Shown here one piece after another: positions 1 to 14,307 of a DNA stretch of 64,000 nt. The position numbers and the translations under genes are program-made. The stretch lies in the NCBI RefSeq assembly GCF_009914755.1, contig NC_060939.1. One strand, written 5' to 3'. Position 1 is the stretch's first letter; the number at the start of each line of letters is the position of its first letter. The notes below the pieces were generated by a model, which made no database searches, was not told the DNA's origin, and was given only the letters and a program-made list of their open reading frames with translations. This DNA is from the human T2T-CHM13v2.0 reference genome, Homo sapiens.

Positions 1-626
1 GAATTTATCTTCATTCTCAAAGTTCCAGATAAAAAGGAGCACTTCATAGTAAAACACACACACATACACACACACAGACATACACAAAATATATAGGTAC
101 AAACAAAACACACAAATAACAAGGTACTTTGAGTGAAGGTCAGCAAACAGAGAAACATCAGATCCTTGAAGACTTCAAATATTAACATTTTCAGACACAG
201 AAAATAATCTGTTAAATTTCAAAATGTAAAAGAACAACCTGAAACTGATTGAAGAACAGGAAGATTTGTAAAAAGAATCAAACAGATATTCCAGAAATTA
301 AAAATGATTGACATGTAAAACTCAACGATGACATATTTCTACTTTTGATCAAAATTTAGTGACAGGGGCCAGATTTTTCTACTTTTGCTTTCAAAAACTA
401 GAAAATCAGGCAAAGCACCTGAAACAACAGTTTTTAGACATTGGATACTTGGTAGACAAGAAGTGTGATAAGCAAGAGAAGTCAAGTCAGCCCTATGATG
501 GCACCAGCTTGCATCCTAGAGGCAAATTTCAGGATACAAGTTAGGGAGGAGAGGCTGAAACTAAGGCTAGTGCCCTTACTGGGTTGAGGAGGCAGTGCTC
601 AGATGTAGAGGAGGCCAAATAGAATG

Positions 627-1207
627 TAGCAGGTCCTCAAATAACGTCATTTCATTATAACACGAATGAGGAAAAAAATATCGATTCCTCACTGGGGCCA
701 CCGTCTGTGTGAAGTTTGCATGATCTCATGTCTGTGTTTTCCTCTGGGTACTCTGATTTCCTCCCACATCCCAAAGATGTGCACACTAGGTTGATCGGCA
801 TGTCTAAATTCTCCCAGTCCAAGTGAGTGTGAGTGTGTGTGTGAGTGTGCCCTGTGATGAAATGGCATCCTATCCAGGGTTGGGTCTCACCTTGTGCCCT
901 GGGCTGCTGGGATAGGGTCCAGCCACCTGAGATCCTGAACTGAATAAGTGGGTAAAGAATTATCTGGCTTATTTTTATTAATCTGTGTTAAATGTCTGTA
1001 CAGCTCACAGTTATTTCAATATTTAACATTAGAAGTGTTTTGGTCTTTATGTAGAAGTTTGGTGATGTTTATGTGACCAGAAATATGCCATAGAAACTTA
1101 TTTCTTGTTTATGTCAATTAGCCTATGGTAAAATTGGTTTCATTATATGTTGTTTTGCTCAAAGTGGCAATTTCTAAGAACTTGTCAATGATATTGAGAA
1201 CTGAGTG
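627..1207 (+). mobile_element. MER6/MER6A (TcMar-Tigger non-autonomous DNA transposon)
   Basis: Starts 'agcaggtcctcaaataacgtc', carries the characteristic 'gtttgcatg...ttcctcccacatcccaaagatgtgc' block, and ends before TA at ~1208. Confidence 0.8.
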
Positions 1208-3275
1208 TATATGGGACAGAATACCAGAGAAGAAGAAGGAACAGCTATAAAAAGAGCTCTGGAGATTTGCAGAGGGCTCCCTATGGATGTTTGACTAGGT
1301 ATTGATCTGTGCATGATTGAAAAAAAAAAAAAAACTACCAATGGCCAAGGAAGAACTACTAGAACTTCTGGAATGGAGACAGCAGAATAATTCCCAGAGC
1401 TCAGCAGGGATTGGGATAATTTAGCTACCACTGACCAGAGTCGAAAGCCCTCATAAGACATGAGACATCCAATAGAATCCTCAAAAGGGTATCCCCTTAA
1501 TAATGATTCTAAGTTAGTTCTGGACTAAAGGCTATTCTGACTCTTCTCTGACAAAGTGTAAAAGCAAAACTTGAAAGGATCTAACTGACTTAAAGTAACC
1601 TAACTGTGAGCCAGAATAAATTGCACACTGTTTAAAGACAACAAAATCGAACACCCAACAATTTAAATTTTACAATGTCTGGCATCCAGTCAAAAATTAC
1701 CAGGCATGAAAGAAGCAGAAAAATAAGGTCCATAACCCAAATAAAAATCATTAAATAGAAACACATCCCCAAATGACAGAGGTGGTAGAAATAGCAAACA
1801 AGGACATGAACACAGGTATACTCTGTGTGTTAAGAATGTAGAAGAAAACATGAGCAGATTGAGGAGAGAAATAGAAAATATAAGAATGAATTATATTCCT
1901 TTTGGTTAAAAAAAAAGAAAACTGAAAGGAAAAATAATACACTGAATGAGATGACAGGTTAAACACTACAGAAGAAAAGAAGAATGAACCTGAATATATA
2001 GCATCAGAAACTTCTCAAAGTAAATAGCCCGACAGAGGGGAAAAGGCAGTCTAAAATATAACTGGAGGGCCAGAAAGAGAGGTCAGGAAGGGGGATAAAC
2101 TTTAACAAGGTAATATTTCTCACTGTTAATTGCTTAAAGAAAAATAAGTAACAATGTATTTATTGTTATGTCTCTAGAGTATGTCAAAGTTAAAGATGTG
2201 ATCAAGTTAAAGGTGTGGCCATAACAGCATAGCGTAGAGGACAGATGAAGAAAACGCATTCTGTTGTAAGGCTTTTACATGATAAGTGATGTGTTATAAT
2301 GTTATGTAAAGATAATCAGTGATAAGTGAAAGATGGATACTCTAAGCTCTAAAGCAACCAAAAAAGTAAACCAAGGAGGCAAAACTAATAAGCCCAAAGT
2401 GAAGATAAAATGAAATGAAACATTTAAGGCAAAAGGCAAAAAGGAAACAAACTGCAGACAGAATAAATATATAATGAACAGCAAGATAAATGTTTTAAAT
2501 CTAACATATTAATATATGAGATGGAAATGATGTAAACACACCAATCAAAAGACAGATAGTCAATTTGGATTAACAAAAGTAATGCACAACTATATGCTGT
2601 CTGAGAGAAACACACAATAAATCTGATACAATTAGTTTAAAATAATTGAAAGATATATTCTGTGCGATCAAACTAGTTGGACTGGCTATGTTTATATCAA
2701 AGTAGAATTTAGAACAAAGAATATTACCAGGAATAAAAAGGGCCATTTCATATTGAATAAGTGGTCATCTCATCAGATGATATAACAGCCACAAATGTCT
2801 GTGTTCCTAAGAACAGAGCTTCACAGTAAATAGAGCAGAAACGATTACATCCAAAAGGAGAAATAGACAGATCCACGGTCATTGTTGGAGATCTCAACCC
2901 TACTCTCGCAATAATTGAATGAACAAGTAGACAGGAAATCAGTAAGGATGTAGAAGACTTTACCAGCTGTAGCAACTAATTTATAAATGCCTCAACTAGA
3001 CATTTTATAAATCACAAAAACCAGAAAGATACACATTCATTCCAAGTGTACAAGGAACATTTATGAATATCTACCATAATACTGAATTAAACAAGTCTCA
3101 ACAAACATAAGATATTAAAATCATACAAAGTATATTCTTTGTCTGCAAAACATGAAACTAGAAGTAAACCAAAAGATGTCCGAAAAAAATTTCCAAACCA
3201 AGGAGCAAATCATAGGCAAATTTGAAAAGTTTTGAACTGAATGGAAAAACATATCAAAATCTAGGGCATAGTTAC

Positions 3276-3664
3276 TGTTGAGAACTGAATTGCATCTCCC
3301 CAAATTCTGATGTTGAAGTCCTGACTCCTGGTACTTCAGAATGTTACTGTATTTGGAGCTGTACCTTTAAAAGGGTAATTAAATTAGAATGAGGTGATTA
3401 GGGTGAGCCCTAATCCAATAGGACTGGAATCCTTATAAGAAGAGAAGATTGGGACACAGAAGCACACAGAGGGAAGATTCTGTGAAGACACATGGAGAAG
3501 ACAGCTATCGACCAGGCAAGCAGAGAGACCTGAGACAAAACCAACCCTGCTGACATTTTGTTCTTGAACTGCTAACCTCCAGAATTGTGAGAAAATACAT
3601 TTTTGTTGTTGAAGTTACCCAGTTTATGCTACTTTGTAATGGTAGACCTAACAAACTAATAACA
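3276..3664 (+). mobile_element. MLT1B-like MaLR solo LTR inserted in L1
   Basis: TG...CA ends; 'gccctaatccaataggactgg...ccttataagaagag' and 'accaaccctgctgacatt...ctccagaattgtgagaaaata' motifs. Confidence 0.85.
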
Positions 3665-6600
3665 GTATATACATTAGAAAAACAATGATGGGTATTAAAT
3701 CAAAGATATAAGTTTTTGCTTAAAAAATAGAAACAGAAGAACAAAACTCAAAGCAAGTAGAAGAAAGAAACTATTAAAGATAAAAGCAGAATTCTATAGA
3801 ACAGATAACAGAATAACAGAGAAAACTAAATGAAACCCAAATCTGGTTCTATTAAAAGGCAAATATAATGGACAAGTGTGAAAATTAATAAAATCCAAAC
3901 CGGCTCTTTGAAATGAATAATGACACTGATAAAACTCTAGCTAAACTTAATAAAAGACAAAAATTAAAACCAGTAATAACAGAACAGATACTACAAATAG
4001 ATACTACAAATAGTAAAAGGATAGTAAAGTAGTAAGTATGAACAACTTCATGCTAATATATTACCTTAGATGAAATGAACAAATTCTTAGGAAGACACGA
4101 ACTACCAGAGCTCACGCAAGAAGAAACATAACCTGAATTAACCATATATATGTACTTAACAATTTGAATTCATAGTTAAAATTTTCTCACATAGAAAATT
4201 CTAGGCCCAGATGATTTCTCTGATTAGTAAATATTTTAAAAATACCAATTCTGTACAAATCTTTACAGATAATAGAAGAGGAAACACTTCCTGACTCCTT
4301 TTATGAGGCAAGCATTACCCTGATGGTAAAAAAACAAACAAGAACAAAAACAAACGTATTACAAGAAAGTAAACTACAGACTAATGTACCTAATAAATAC
4401 AGATGCAAATATCCTTAACAAATTTTAGCAAATCCAATCCAGTGATATACAAGCAGAATAATATACCATGACTAAACAGAGTTCACACAGAAAATCATGG
4501 TTGGTTTACTACTCAAAAACATTACAGTTCATTATATTAACAGACAAAGAGTCGTTTCAATAGACACTAAAATTTTATTGATAAAATTAAACATATATTC
4601 GTGATAAAAATTCTCAGGAAACTGGTAGTAGAAGAGAATTTCCTCAACATGATAAAGGGCATCTATAATAAAAATCCTACAACTAACATCATACCTAATA
4701 GTGACAGGGAGATTGGTAAGTGTATTCATTCTCATTATGACTTTTATTCAACGTTATTCTGGAAGTCCTATTCAGTGCAGAAAGCAAGAAAAAGAAAAGG
4801 CATACGGGTTGAAAGTAATGAAAAGAACTCTTTATCCACAGACGACATAATTGTTAATGTAGAAAATCTTAGGGAATTTACAAAGAAATTACTAGAATGA
4901 ATAAGTGTGTTTACGAAATTTTCTTAAAACTAAGACAACATATAAAATTAAATTTTATTTCTACATGCTAGCAACACACAATCAGAAGTGGAAATTTAAA
5001 AAGTTAAAATAGTGTCAAAATACTAACTACCTAGAAGTGAAGTTTTAAAAACATACGCAATACCTGTATGCTGAAAATAACAAAATATTACCAAGAGAAA
5101 TGAAAGGAGAATGAAATAAATGCAAAGACAGACCATGTTCATAGACGGCAGACTCAATATTATTAAGATATAAATTTTACAAAATTTGATCTTTATGTTA
5201 TTGCAACCCTAATCAAAACCTGCAAACTTTTGACAACAACAAAAGGAAATGGAAAAAATAATTCTAAAGTTTGTATGGAAATTAAAAACACTTAAAATAG
5301 ACAAAACAGTTTTGAAAAAAAGAAAAAAACTGGAAAGACTTTCGCAATCTAATTAAAGACTTATTATAAATCTTTAATAGTTAATACATTGTAATTTTGG
5401 CATAAGGATAAACATATAGATCAATAAAACACAATAGAGAATTTAGAAATTGACTCACTTGCATTTGGCCAGTTCATATTTTTACAAAGATGCCAAGATA
5501 ATTTAATGGAGAAAGGACCAATTTTCCAACAACTCTTACTTTAATCATGGGATTTCTAGGTGTAAAAAAGTGAGTCTTGGTTCTTACCACACATTATATA
5601 TAAAACGAACTCAAAATAAAAAACATCTAAATTTAAGAGGTAAAACTACAAAACTTCTAGAAAAAAAATAGAAGATTTTTGTATGTATGTGTGGGTGTGG
5701 CCTGGCTTAAGTAAAGATTTCATGGTTTAGACACAAAAAACAGAACCATAAAAGAAAAATTGAAAATTTACACTCCATCAAAATTAAAAACTTTTGTTTC
5801 TAAATAGACACAGGCAAGGGAAAAGGTAAGAAATAGACTGGGAGAAAATAAACGCAAAGAAGATACCTGATAAAGTCATTGTATCTAGAATATATAGCAT
5901 TGCCATCCAATAATAAGACAAACAATCAGATTTAAAAATGGACAAAAGTTTTGAATACATATTTCACCAAAGAAGATGTACAGTTGGTGAATAAGCACAT
6001 GAAAAGATACTCAACATCATTAACATTAGAGAACTGCAAAACCAAACCATAAGGAGAAATATAATTGCACATTTGTTAGAATGGGTAAAATTAAAATGAT
6101 TGATTATAGCAATGTTGGTGAGGATATATAGCAACTGAAATTCTTATACATGACTGGTGAGAATGCAAAATGGTACAGACACTTTGGAAAACAGATTATT
6201 TACTCAACAGAAATTAAAATGTGGATTTACACAAACACTTGTACTCAAATGTTCATAGTAGCTGTTTTCATTATAGCTAAAACCTACAAGCAACCCAAAT
6301 GTCCATCAACTGGTGAATGAATAAATATATTGCAGTATAACCATAAATGGAATATTCCTCATCACCCGGAAGGAGGAACTACTAATACCAAATAACATGG
6401 GTGAATCTCAAAAGCATTTTGCTAAGTAAAACAATATGAACACAAAAGAATATATAGTGTATGATTTGCTATATGTGAAATTCTGGTAAAGGCAAAATTA
6501 GTGACAGAAAGCAGGTCAGTGATTTTTAAGGGTTGGGGGTGAAGTAGGGGATTAATTGCAAAGGGCCACAGTGGGACTTTTTGGTGGTTATAGACATATT

Positions 6601-7135
6601 CTATCTCATGATTGAGGTTATGGTTACACAACTGTGTACATTCGTCAAAACTTGTTGAAACATACACATAAAATTGGTGAGTCTTATTGTGTGTAAATTA
6701 TACCTCACTGATGCTAATTAAAAATTTTATAGGTTAAATAGCATCAAACTTATCTGAAGGAATAATTTGGTGCACTAGAGCATTGATCTAAATAAATTAC
6801 CCAGAACAGTTCAAGAAAGGAGATTTTTTTAAAAAAGAGAGATTAACATATATCTCTTATGTGTATATATGTATATATACACACAAATACACACATAGGA
6901 TAGAAATTTTCCAGTATGTGTCTCATTCATTCACGTTTCAGAAGGAGAAAAGACAAAAATTAGGGGAGTGGTGATATTTGAATACCAAATTGTTGATAAT
7001 GTTTGAAAACTGAAAGACATCTATCCCCAGACTTGAGAAGCCAAATGAATGCTGAGCATAAGAAAATAAATCCACACCTAAAAAATCTTAGCAAAATGAA
7101 ATATTAACAAAGATAAGAGATCTTAAGCATGTGAT

Positions 7136-7413
7136 GGTGGCTCGTGCCAGTAATCCCAGTTCTTTGGGAGGCTGAGGCTTCAGTCCAGGAGTTAGAGACC
7201 AGCCTGAGCAATATAGACCCTGTCTCTACAAAAAATTAAAAAAATTAGCTAGGCGCGGTGGCACACTTCTGTAGTCCGTTAGCCTCAGGAGGCTGAGGTG
7301 GGAGTATTGCTTGAGCCCAGGAATTTGAGATTGTATAGGGCTATGATTGTGTCACTGCACTCCAACCTGGGTGACAGAGCGAGACCCTGTCTCCCAAAAA
7401 AAAAAAAAAAAAA
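7136..7413 (+). mobile_element. AluJ, slightly 5'-truncated
   Basis: Dimeric Alu with J-type 'ttgagcccaggaatttgag'; TSD aagcatgtgat on both sides. Confidence 0.9.
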
Positions 7414-7470
7414 AAGCATGTGATAATAGATTGACTATCTTGAAAGGAATGACAGATTTACAATGACTAA

Positions 7471-7745
7471 TTTTTTTTCCTTCAACTTTTAAGTTCCCAG
7501 ATACATGTGCAGGATGTACAGGTTTGTTACATAGGTAAACGTGTGCCATGGTGTGCACAGATCAACCCATCACCTAGGTATTACACCTAGCATCCCTTCG
7601 CTATTCTTCCTGATGCTCTCCCTTCCCTCACCCACTCCCCCAACAGGCCCCGGTGTGTGTTGTTCCCGACCCCGTGTCCATGTGTTCTCATCATTCAGCT
7701 CCCACTTACAAGTGAGAACATGTGGTGTTGGGTTTTCTGTTCCTG
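7471..7745 (-). mobile_element. L1PA 3'-end fragment
   Basis: 'tacatgtgcaggatgtacaggtttgttacataggtaaacgtgtgccatggt...cagctcccacttacaagtgagaacatg' is an antisense L1PA 3' UTR with poly-T. Confidence 0.9.
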
Positions 7746-8028
7746 AATTAATAACTACTTTTTAAGAATAACAATGAAAGATAAAAGATTGTGGTCTACA
7801 AAAAAACAATTGTCAACCCAGAATTTCCTACCTAGCAAAAATATCTTTCATAAATGGGGGCAAATGAAAGATGTTTTCATACAAACATAGAATGTGGGTT
7901 TTTTTTCCCTCTTGGACCTTTCCTAAAGTAAAATCTCAGGAATATAACTTAGGCAGATAGAAAGTGATTCCAGATGGAAACTTTGAGATATAAGAACAAA
8001 TTAAGAGTATTAAAATATGTGAGGTAAT

Positions 8029-8383
<355 letters not shown>

Positions 8384-9374
8384 TTAAAAATAGAAAATAC
8401 TAAAATACTCTACAATAATGGCAGAGAAGCAGTTGAGTGAGAAATTCTTGCATGTGTGCCCCAGGAGGCATAAAGAAGGATGTTCACAGCTGTGGTATTT
8501 GTAATAACAAAAGTTGAAAATAACTAACGTCCACCAATAATAGAATGAATAAGTATGTATAGTGATGCAATGACATATTTCACAGCATGAATTATAGCTA
8601 CTTGCAGCAACCTGGTTGAACTCCAGGAAAATAATATTGAGTTTAAAAAAGAAAGTGATAAAACAATACCTCACATTATTAAAAGTTAAAAACATGCAAA
8701 GTGAAACAATATATTTATGCATATAAGCAATTTGGTGAAATGAAACAGAAAAACAAAATATAGGATAATGGTTACCTTTGATGAAGAAAGAATAGATAGT
8801 ATTTCAGGGTGACCAAAAGGGATTTCAGAGACAACCTTTGTTTATTTTCTTAAACTGGGAGGTGGGTACATGGGTGTTAATTATTTGAGGATTCTTTGCA
8901 TCTTACATGTACTTATATACATCCATATTCTCTTAATCAAATTCTATTTAAACTATTTTACTCAATAAGCACCTGGGTGTCGTGGGCACTCAGATGCAGT
9001 TTCCACTGTCCTCAGTTACCAGATGAGATGTGTTTTGGTTTGAGGCTCATGAAAAGATCATGTGAGTACAAGCCACATCAGTACATGCATGAAAAGCCAC
9101 TGGCATAGTTTGGCAGGGATGGCGGAGGGTAGGGGAATGGCTTGGAGTCTCCCCTCAGTTTAAATACTATTCTGGTATATAACTCTTACAAAAGTAAGTG
9201 ATTGGTTCCCATTCTGTAGTGGAGCTCAGGTCAATAAAATGAAAGTGATTCTCTGGACAATCCTAAAAGCCAAGTTTGTGAGTGAGCTCAGAACATTCTT
9301 GGATCAGAAATGAGTACATGGGAGGCCTTGAAAACCCCTCATCTATTTCAGGGTTGATTTTGCCAACACCTAGG

Positions 9375-9813
9375 TGTTCTCCAGTCAGGGTTCTCCAGAG
9401 TAACAGAACCAATAGGATCAATAAGATATATTTAGGAATTGGCTTGTGCAATCATGAAGGCTGAGAAGTCTCAAAATCTGCCATCCACAAGCAGAAAAAC
9501 CAGGAAGGCCCGTAGTATAATTCAATCCAAGTCTGAGCCAGGGGAGCCAGCGTCTTAAGTCCCAGTCTGCATCCATCATCAGGAGAAGAAGGAAGTCCCA
9601 AATCAAACAAGAAGCAGATTTGCCATCCTCTGCCTCTTTGTTCTGTTTAGGTTCTCGACTCACATTGGCAAGAGGTCTTCTTTACTCAGTCTACCAATTT
9701 AAATGCTAATCTCTTTTGGAAACACTCTCACAGATACATCCAATAATAATGTTTTACTACCTTCTGGATATCCCTTGGATCAGTTAAGTGGACACATAAA
9801 ATTAATCATCACA
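9375..9813 (-). mobile_element. MLT2 (ERV-L) LTR
   Basis: 'cagggttctccagagtaacagaaccaatagga...gacacataaaattaatcatcaca'. Confidence 0.85.
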
Positions 9814-11400
9814 CTGACTAAGGGTCAAACTGCCCCAGAGAAACTCGTACAGTGATTCACAGTCCAGCTGCTAATCTTTCCTGTACAGTCCCACCCTCTT
9901 GCCATAGCTTTTATGTCACATATCTCCCAGGTATTTTATTATAATTTATATTAAATTTTTCAAGAAAATTAAACACATAAAAATGAACATACAGTTGTCC
10001 CATTGTATCCTCAGGGGATTGGTTCCAGGACCCCCATGGATGCCAAAATCCACAGATGCTCAAGTACCAGATATAAAATGGTGTGGTATTTGCATATAAC
10101 CTGTAAAATCCACCTGTATACTTTAAACCATCTCTAGATTACTTATAATACCTAATACAATGTAAATGCTATGTAAATAGTTGTTACATTATATTTTAAA
10201 ATCTGTATTATTTTTTATTGTTGTATTGTTATTTTTAATTTATTTTGAATATTTTTGAGCAGCGATTGGTCAAATCTGCAGGTGCAGAACCCATGGATAG
10301 AGACAACCAACTGCACTAACACACTACCGACCACGACACCCAGAATATCCAATAAGAAGTGGGAATCCACCCCCCACATACATTTTGTGACTATCCCCCT
10401 TCACAAACCTTTCGAAATCCCCTAATTAATCAAGCTATTCTATTCCATTTCTTCCTTCTTTACCCACGACCTCTTATAGCCTTCTATAGGTACCGAGAGA
10501 TTCATTGATCTATGTATATCATTTCTTTAGAATTAAATTTACTTTCTCTTTGGCCAAGCAATCCCCATTAGTATTAGGTTAATTGAGGGCCTTAAGTCAT
10601 TTATCCTAAATATTTTTAGTCCAGAGGATCATCATACAAGTAAGTTCTGTTTTTATTTAATTCTGTAACGGAACCTACAAACCCTTTACTATATAACTCT
10701 AATAGAAAGATTAATGTCTAGCATATCACACACATCAGTAAATATTACAGAATCAGTTTCCATTTGCATCTTTTTGCCATATAACATGTATTTCCTGTAA
10801 ATGGAGTTTACAGATCGTTTTTAAAAAGTTCCAGGTTCCGTCTGGTTTATGGGCTTAGTCATAGCCTGGCCACAGGAACCCCATTTCCAAGGACAGAGGT
10901 ATCCTGATATCCTTGTGGAGCATCACCCACCCGTCTCCCTGGGTGTGAAATGATGGTGGCCTTTAATCAGTCCAATCCCAAGCAGCTGTATCTTAGGAAC
11001 ATTTAGCCCTCTATCCACAGCACCCCAGCCATGAGAAAATAACAATAAAGACCACAATTTAGGTTTGCCATAGTGGTCCCACAAAATCACCCCTTCCCTC
11101 CAATACATGCGACCGTATTGGTGAAATTAACACATTTATAAATTCTTTCTGGGCGAGGACACATGCCCTCTAACAATGTTGTTGCCCATTAATTTGGTCA
11201 CCCAGTCCATTTGGGAATTGCATTATTGGCTTTCCAGGCCACCTGCCAGCTGTGGTCAGTTTATGGGAAGAGAACTCCTTTGCAATTCCAATTTGGGTAA
11301 ACAAATCATTTTCGAAGTGGTAGCAAGCCCTAAGAAAGCTATTTCCACTTGACTAAGCACACACAGTCGATTTTCCAAGGCCTCTGAGTCTTTTGTCTTT
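9814..11400 (-). mobile_element. Putative ancient ERV 3' internal (env-like) remnant with polypurine tract and start of an LTR, split by MER2
   Basis: On the minus strand a hydrophobic run LLDILGVVVGSVLVCSFLCV is rebuilt across the MER2 insertion. It is followed by 'aagagggtgggac|TGTacagg' (PPT + TG), with Cys/Trp-rich degenerate reading frames upstream. Confidence 0.4.
9992..10313 (+). mobile_element. MER2 (TcMar-Tigger)
   Basis: TIR ends cagttg...caactg; 'ggggattggttccaggaccc', 'tctctagattacttataatacctaatacaatgtaaatgctatg'. Confidence 0.9.
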
Positions 11401-11429
11401 TTTGTTTTCACCTTTCCATTATTTATAGC

Positions 11430-12170
11430 TCTTCCCTTTCTTTTTCTTATTTTATTACATTGGTCAAGACCACCAGCGTTATGTTGAATCAGAGCAATAA
11501 ATGATAACAGGTACAACTGTCTTATCTCAACTTCAATGGAAATATTGCTAAGGTTTTAACACTAAGTAACTTTAAACATTTAAAATATTGATGAGGTTTT
11601 AGCATTATGTAATTAAGTAACCTTAATTTAGCATTAAGGTTTTACCTGCTACATATTTATAGCAATAATAGTATTTATTGAGTACTGACTAAATGATAGT
11701 ATTGTAAGAATTTTATTTGCATTATCCATTTCTTATGACACCCATTTTCCAGATGATGAAACTAAATTACAGAGAGGTTAGGGAACTTGCCCGTGGCATT
11801 TACATCTGTTAGAGATTCGATTGCAGGAATGCTTACTTCATAGTTCAAGTGTTTAATTATTTTGCAATACTGCCAGTAGGTTGATGCCCTCAAGTTAGAA
11901 GAGTTCCTTTTACCTCTAGTTTTCAAAGCATAAGCTGCACTAAAAGATGAACATATACATCAGAAGTGGGTGTTATACCTTATCAAATGCTCTTCTACAA
12001 GTTTTAGATGGTTATATGATTTTTGTCATTTATTATGTTAATAAATTGAATTGTGTTAATGTATAGAATTACATTGAAAAATTTTCTAACGTTGAACCAT
12101 TCTTGCATTACTAGGAGAAACCTTACTTATTTATTACGATTTTATCCTTTTAATGTACTGCTGGCTTAGA
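11430..12170 (-). mobile_element. Old L1 ORF2 fragments with a MIR inserted at ~11665-11870
   Basis: Antisense L1 text ('atgttgaatcagagc', 'gttgaaccattcttgcatt') and MIR core 'cccattttccagatgatgaaactaaattacagagaggttagggaacttgccc'. Confidence 0.6.
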
Positions 12171-12194
12171 TAAGACCTTTTGCTTTATTAAATG

Positions 12195-12327
12195 CAAGCA
12201 GTCTTTGCTTTTCCAGGCACCACGATAACTGAAATTTGTGCATATTAGAACAATGTCTTCACTTTACACAGTTCTAATAAGCACAAGTTACAGTTAGATC
12301 ACTACTATGCACAACATAAACTGCCTG
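12195..12327. mobile_element. Short Tigger-type MITE (subfamily not assigned)
   Basis: Imperfect TIRs caagcagtctttg / cataaactgcctg, followed by TA. Confidence 0.45.
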
Positions 12328-13687
12328 TAGTTGAGACTTTTTTCCTTCTTTTCCTCATGGTATTTTAGTAAGGGGCTAACCTTAACTAAATTGCCAAATA
12401 ATAATTTTTGATTTGAATTTATCTTGTTGGTATTCCACTATAGACCAGAGAGTCCTTGTCTTAAACACAATGTACTCAATGATTCAACAGCTGTGTTGTT
12501 TTTAAAGTTTTTTTCATATACTAATATTTCATAATTCTCTGTACTTTCTGTCTCTGAAGGAATTTCTTGCCATTTTTTGGTTGGTTTGGGACCTTTCCAG
12601 GATTATAGAAAGAATGGATTTCAAAAACCAAGTTTCTGCTTTTTCTGTTGCAAGCAATGTCCAGGAAGCTAATGTTTATAATATTTCCCTCTCTTGATCT
12701 TTTCATTCCTCAAACCTGGGTTAGATTTGAGGTCAGGACCATTGTCCTATTGGGGAAAAGGCTGTTTCTAAGGGTGTCACCTCTGCTGCCAGCCTCAGGG
12801 CTTTGCAACCAGGTCCACAGGTGTTCCCACACCCATGTTACAAGCTGAAATGTGAGTTTGACAACTTTGGTTGCTATGTCTGTCATGGTGAGCACAAAAT
12901 ACATAGTATTTGGTGAGATTACTTGGCCAAATGACCACCAAATTTCCTGTACACCAAGGAATACTTCTCCTTTCACTTTCTTCATTTTGAACAGCTCTGG
13001 TTCCCTAGACTCATCCCCACTGATATTTTTGCTTGTTTTTTTAATATGGCATTGGTAGAATATCTATTTTACATGAGTGAATTTCTCGGTAAACCAATTC
13101 ACTCCCTTAAAAACAAAACATCTTAATTTTGTTAATGAAAATCTTTCTCAAATGTGTTTTGTAAATTTTTCTACCTAAAAAGGAAATTATATCTTGTGTA
13201 AGAGAATAGGATGTAACATAATTTGATATTTTATTGATAATGCTAAGTCATTATAATAGATATTAGTTAATGTCTTGTGCTGAAACTCAAGACATAGAGA
13301 CTCTTTCCAAGCCCCTTAAGTTTTAGGGTTTTGCCCTTCTGCAGATGACCCCAGGCTGCTGTGCCTTTCTAGTCTGCTGCTATATAGACTTTTTTTGCTT
13401 TTCTTCTGATAAATTAGGCTGTTAGAAAATATATAGCAGCTTTCCTGCCTCTTTATATTAATATAGTTTACTGCATTTTGTGTGTTTTGATTGGAACACA
13501 AGAAAATGTGTTAGGATTATGTGTAAACTAAGAGCAAATAGATTGTGAAGGAGGACCTATTTTTTCTCACCCAAAACAAGGGAATTATATTAGATTTTCT
13601 CTCAGATCTTTTTCCTCACCTCTAAAATTTCCTCACCTCTAAAATGGGAATGATAATAATATTTACCACTTCATACTTGTGTCTTGA

Positions 13688-13892
13688 AATATATATATAT
13701 ATTTATGTATGTATGTGTATATATATATCTGTATGTATGTGTGTGTATATATATGTGTGTATATATGTGTATATATATGTGTGTGTATATACACACATAT
13801 ATATACATATATACACACATATACACATATATATATACACACACATATACATATACACACACACACATACATACATAGGTTTATATATATAT
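13688..13892. repeat. Compound (TA/TG)n-(CA/TA)n microsatellite, quasi-palindromic
   Basis: Read directly from the sequence. Confidence 0.95.
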
Positions 13893-13913
13893 AGGGGTTT
13901 TTCTTGTGTGTGG

Positions 13914-14307
<394 letters not shown>

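Larger units (their letters stand above)
130..6725 (+). mobile_element. Old, degenerate LINE-1 (L1M/L1ME-type) composite: 5'/ORF1-like pieces, ORF2 remnant and 3' UTR, interrupted by MER6A and MLT1B
   Basis: A-rich sense strand. ORF 4601-4900 reads MIKILRKLVVEENFLNMIKGIYNKNPTTNIIPN...LSTDDIIVNVENL, resembling L1 ORF2p RT (MLKTLNKLGIDG...AIYDKPTANIILN; FADDMIVYLENP). L1ME-type 3' end 'tgtaaattatacctc' near 6700. Many stops and frameshifts. May be more than one element. Confidence 0.8.

Noticed and set aside
4601-4900. 99-aa ORF with RT-like residues
   Set aside because: Degenerate L1 ORF2 fragment with the catalytic FADD decayed; not a gene.
10314-10500. C/A-rich text reminiscent of a NUMT
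   Set aside because: No mitochondrial gene or tRNA recognisable; better explained as antisense ERV-like sequence.
12500-13050. Coding-looking minus-strand stretch (ORF 12710-12985), possible processed pseudogene
   Set aside because: No recognisable protein, poly-A or TSD; more likely old L1/HAL1-type or unique DNA.
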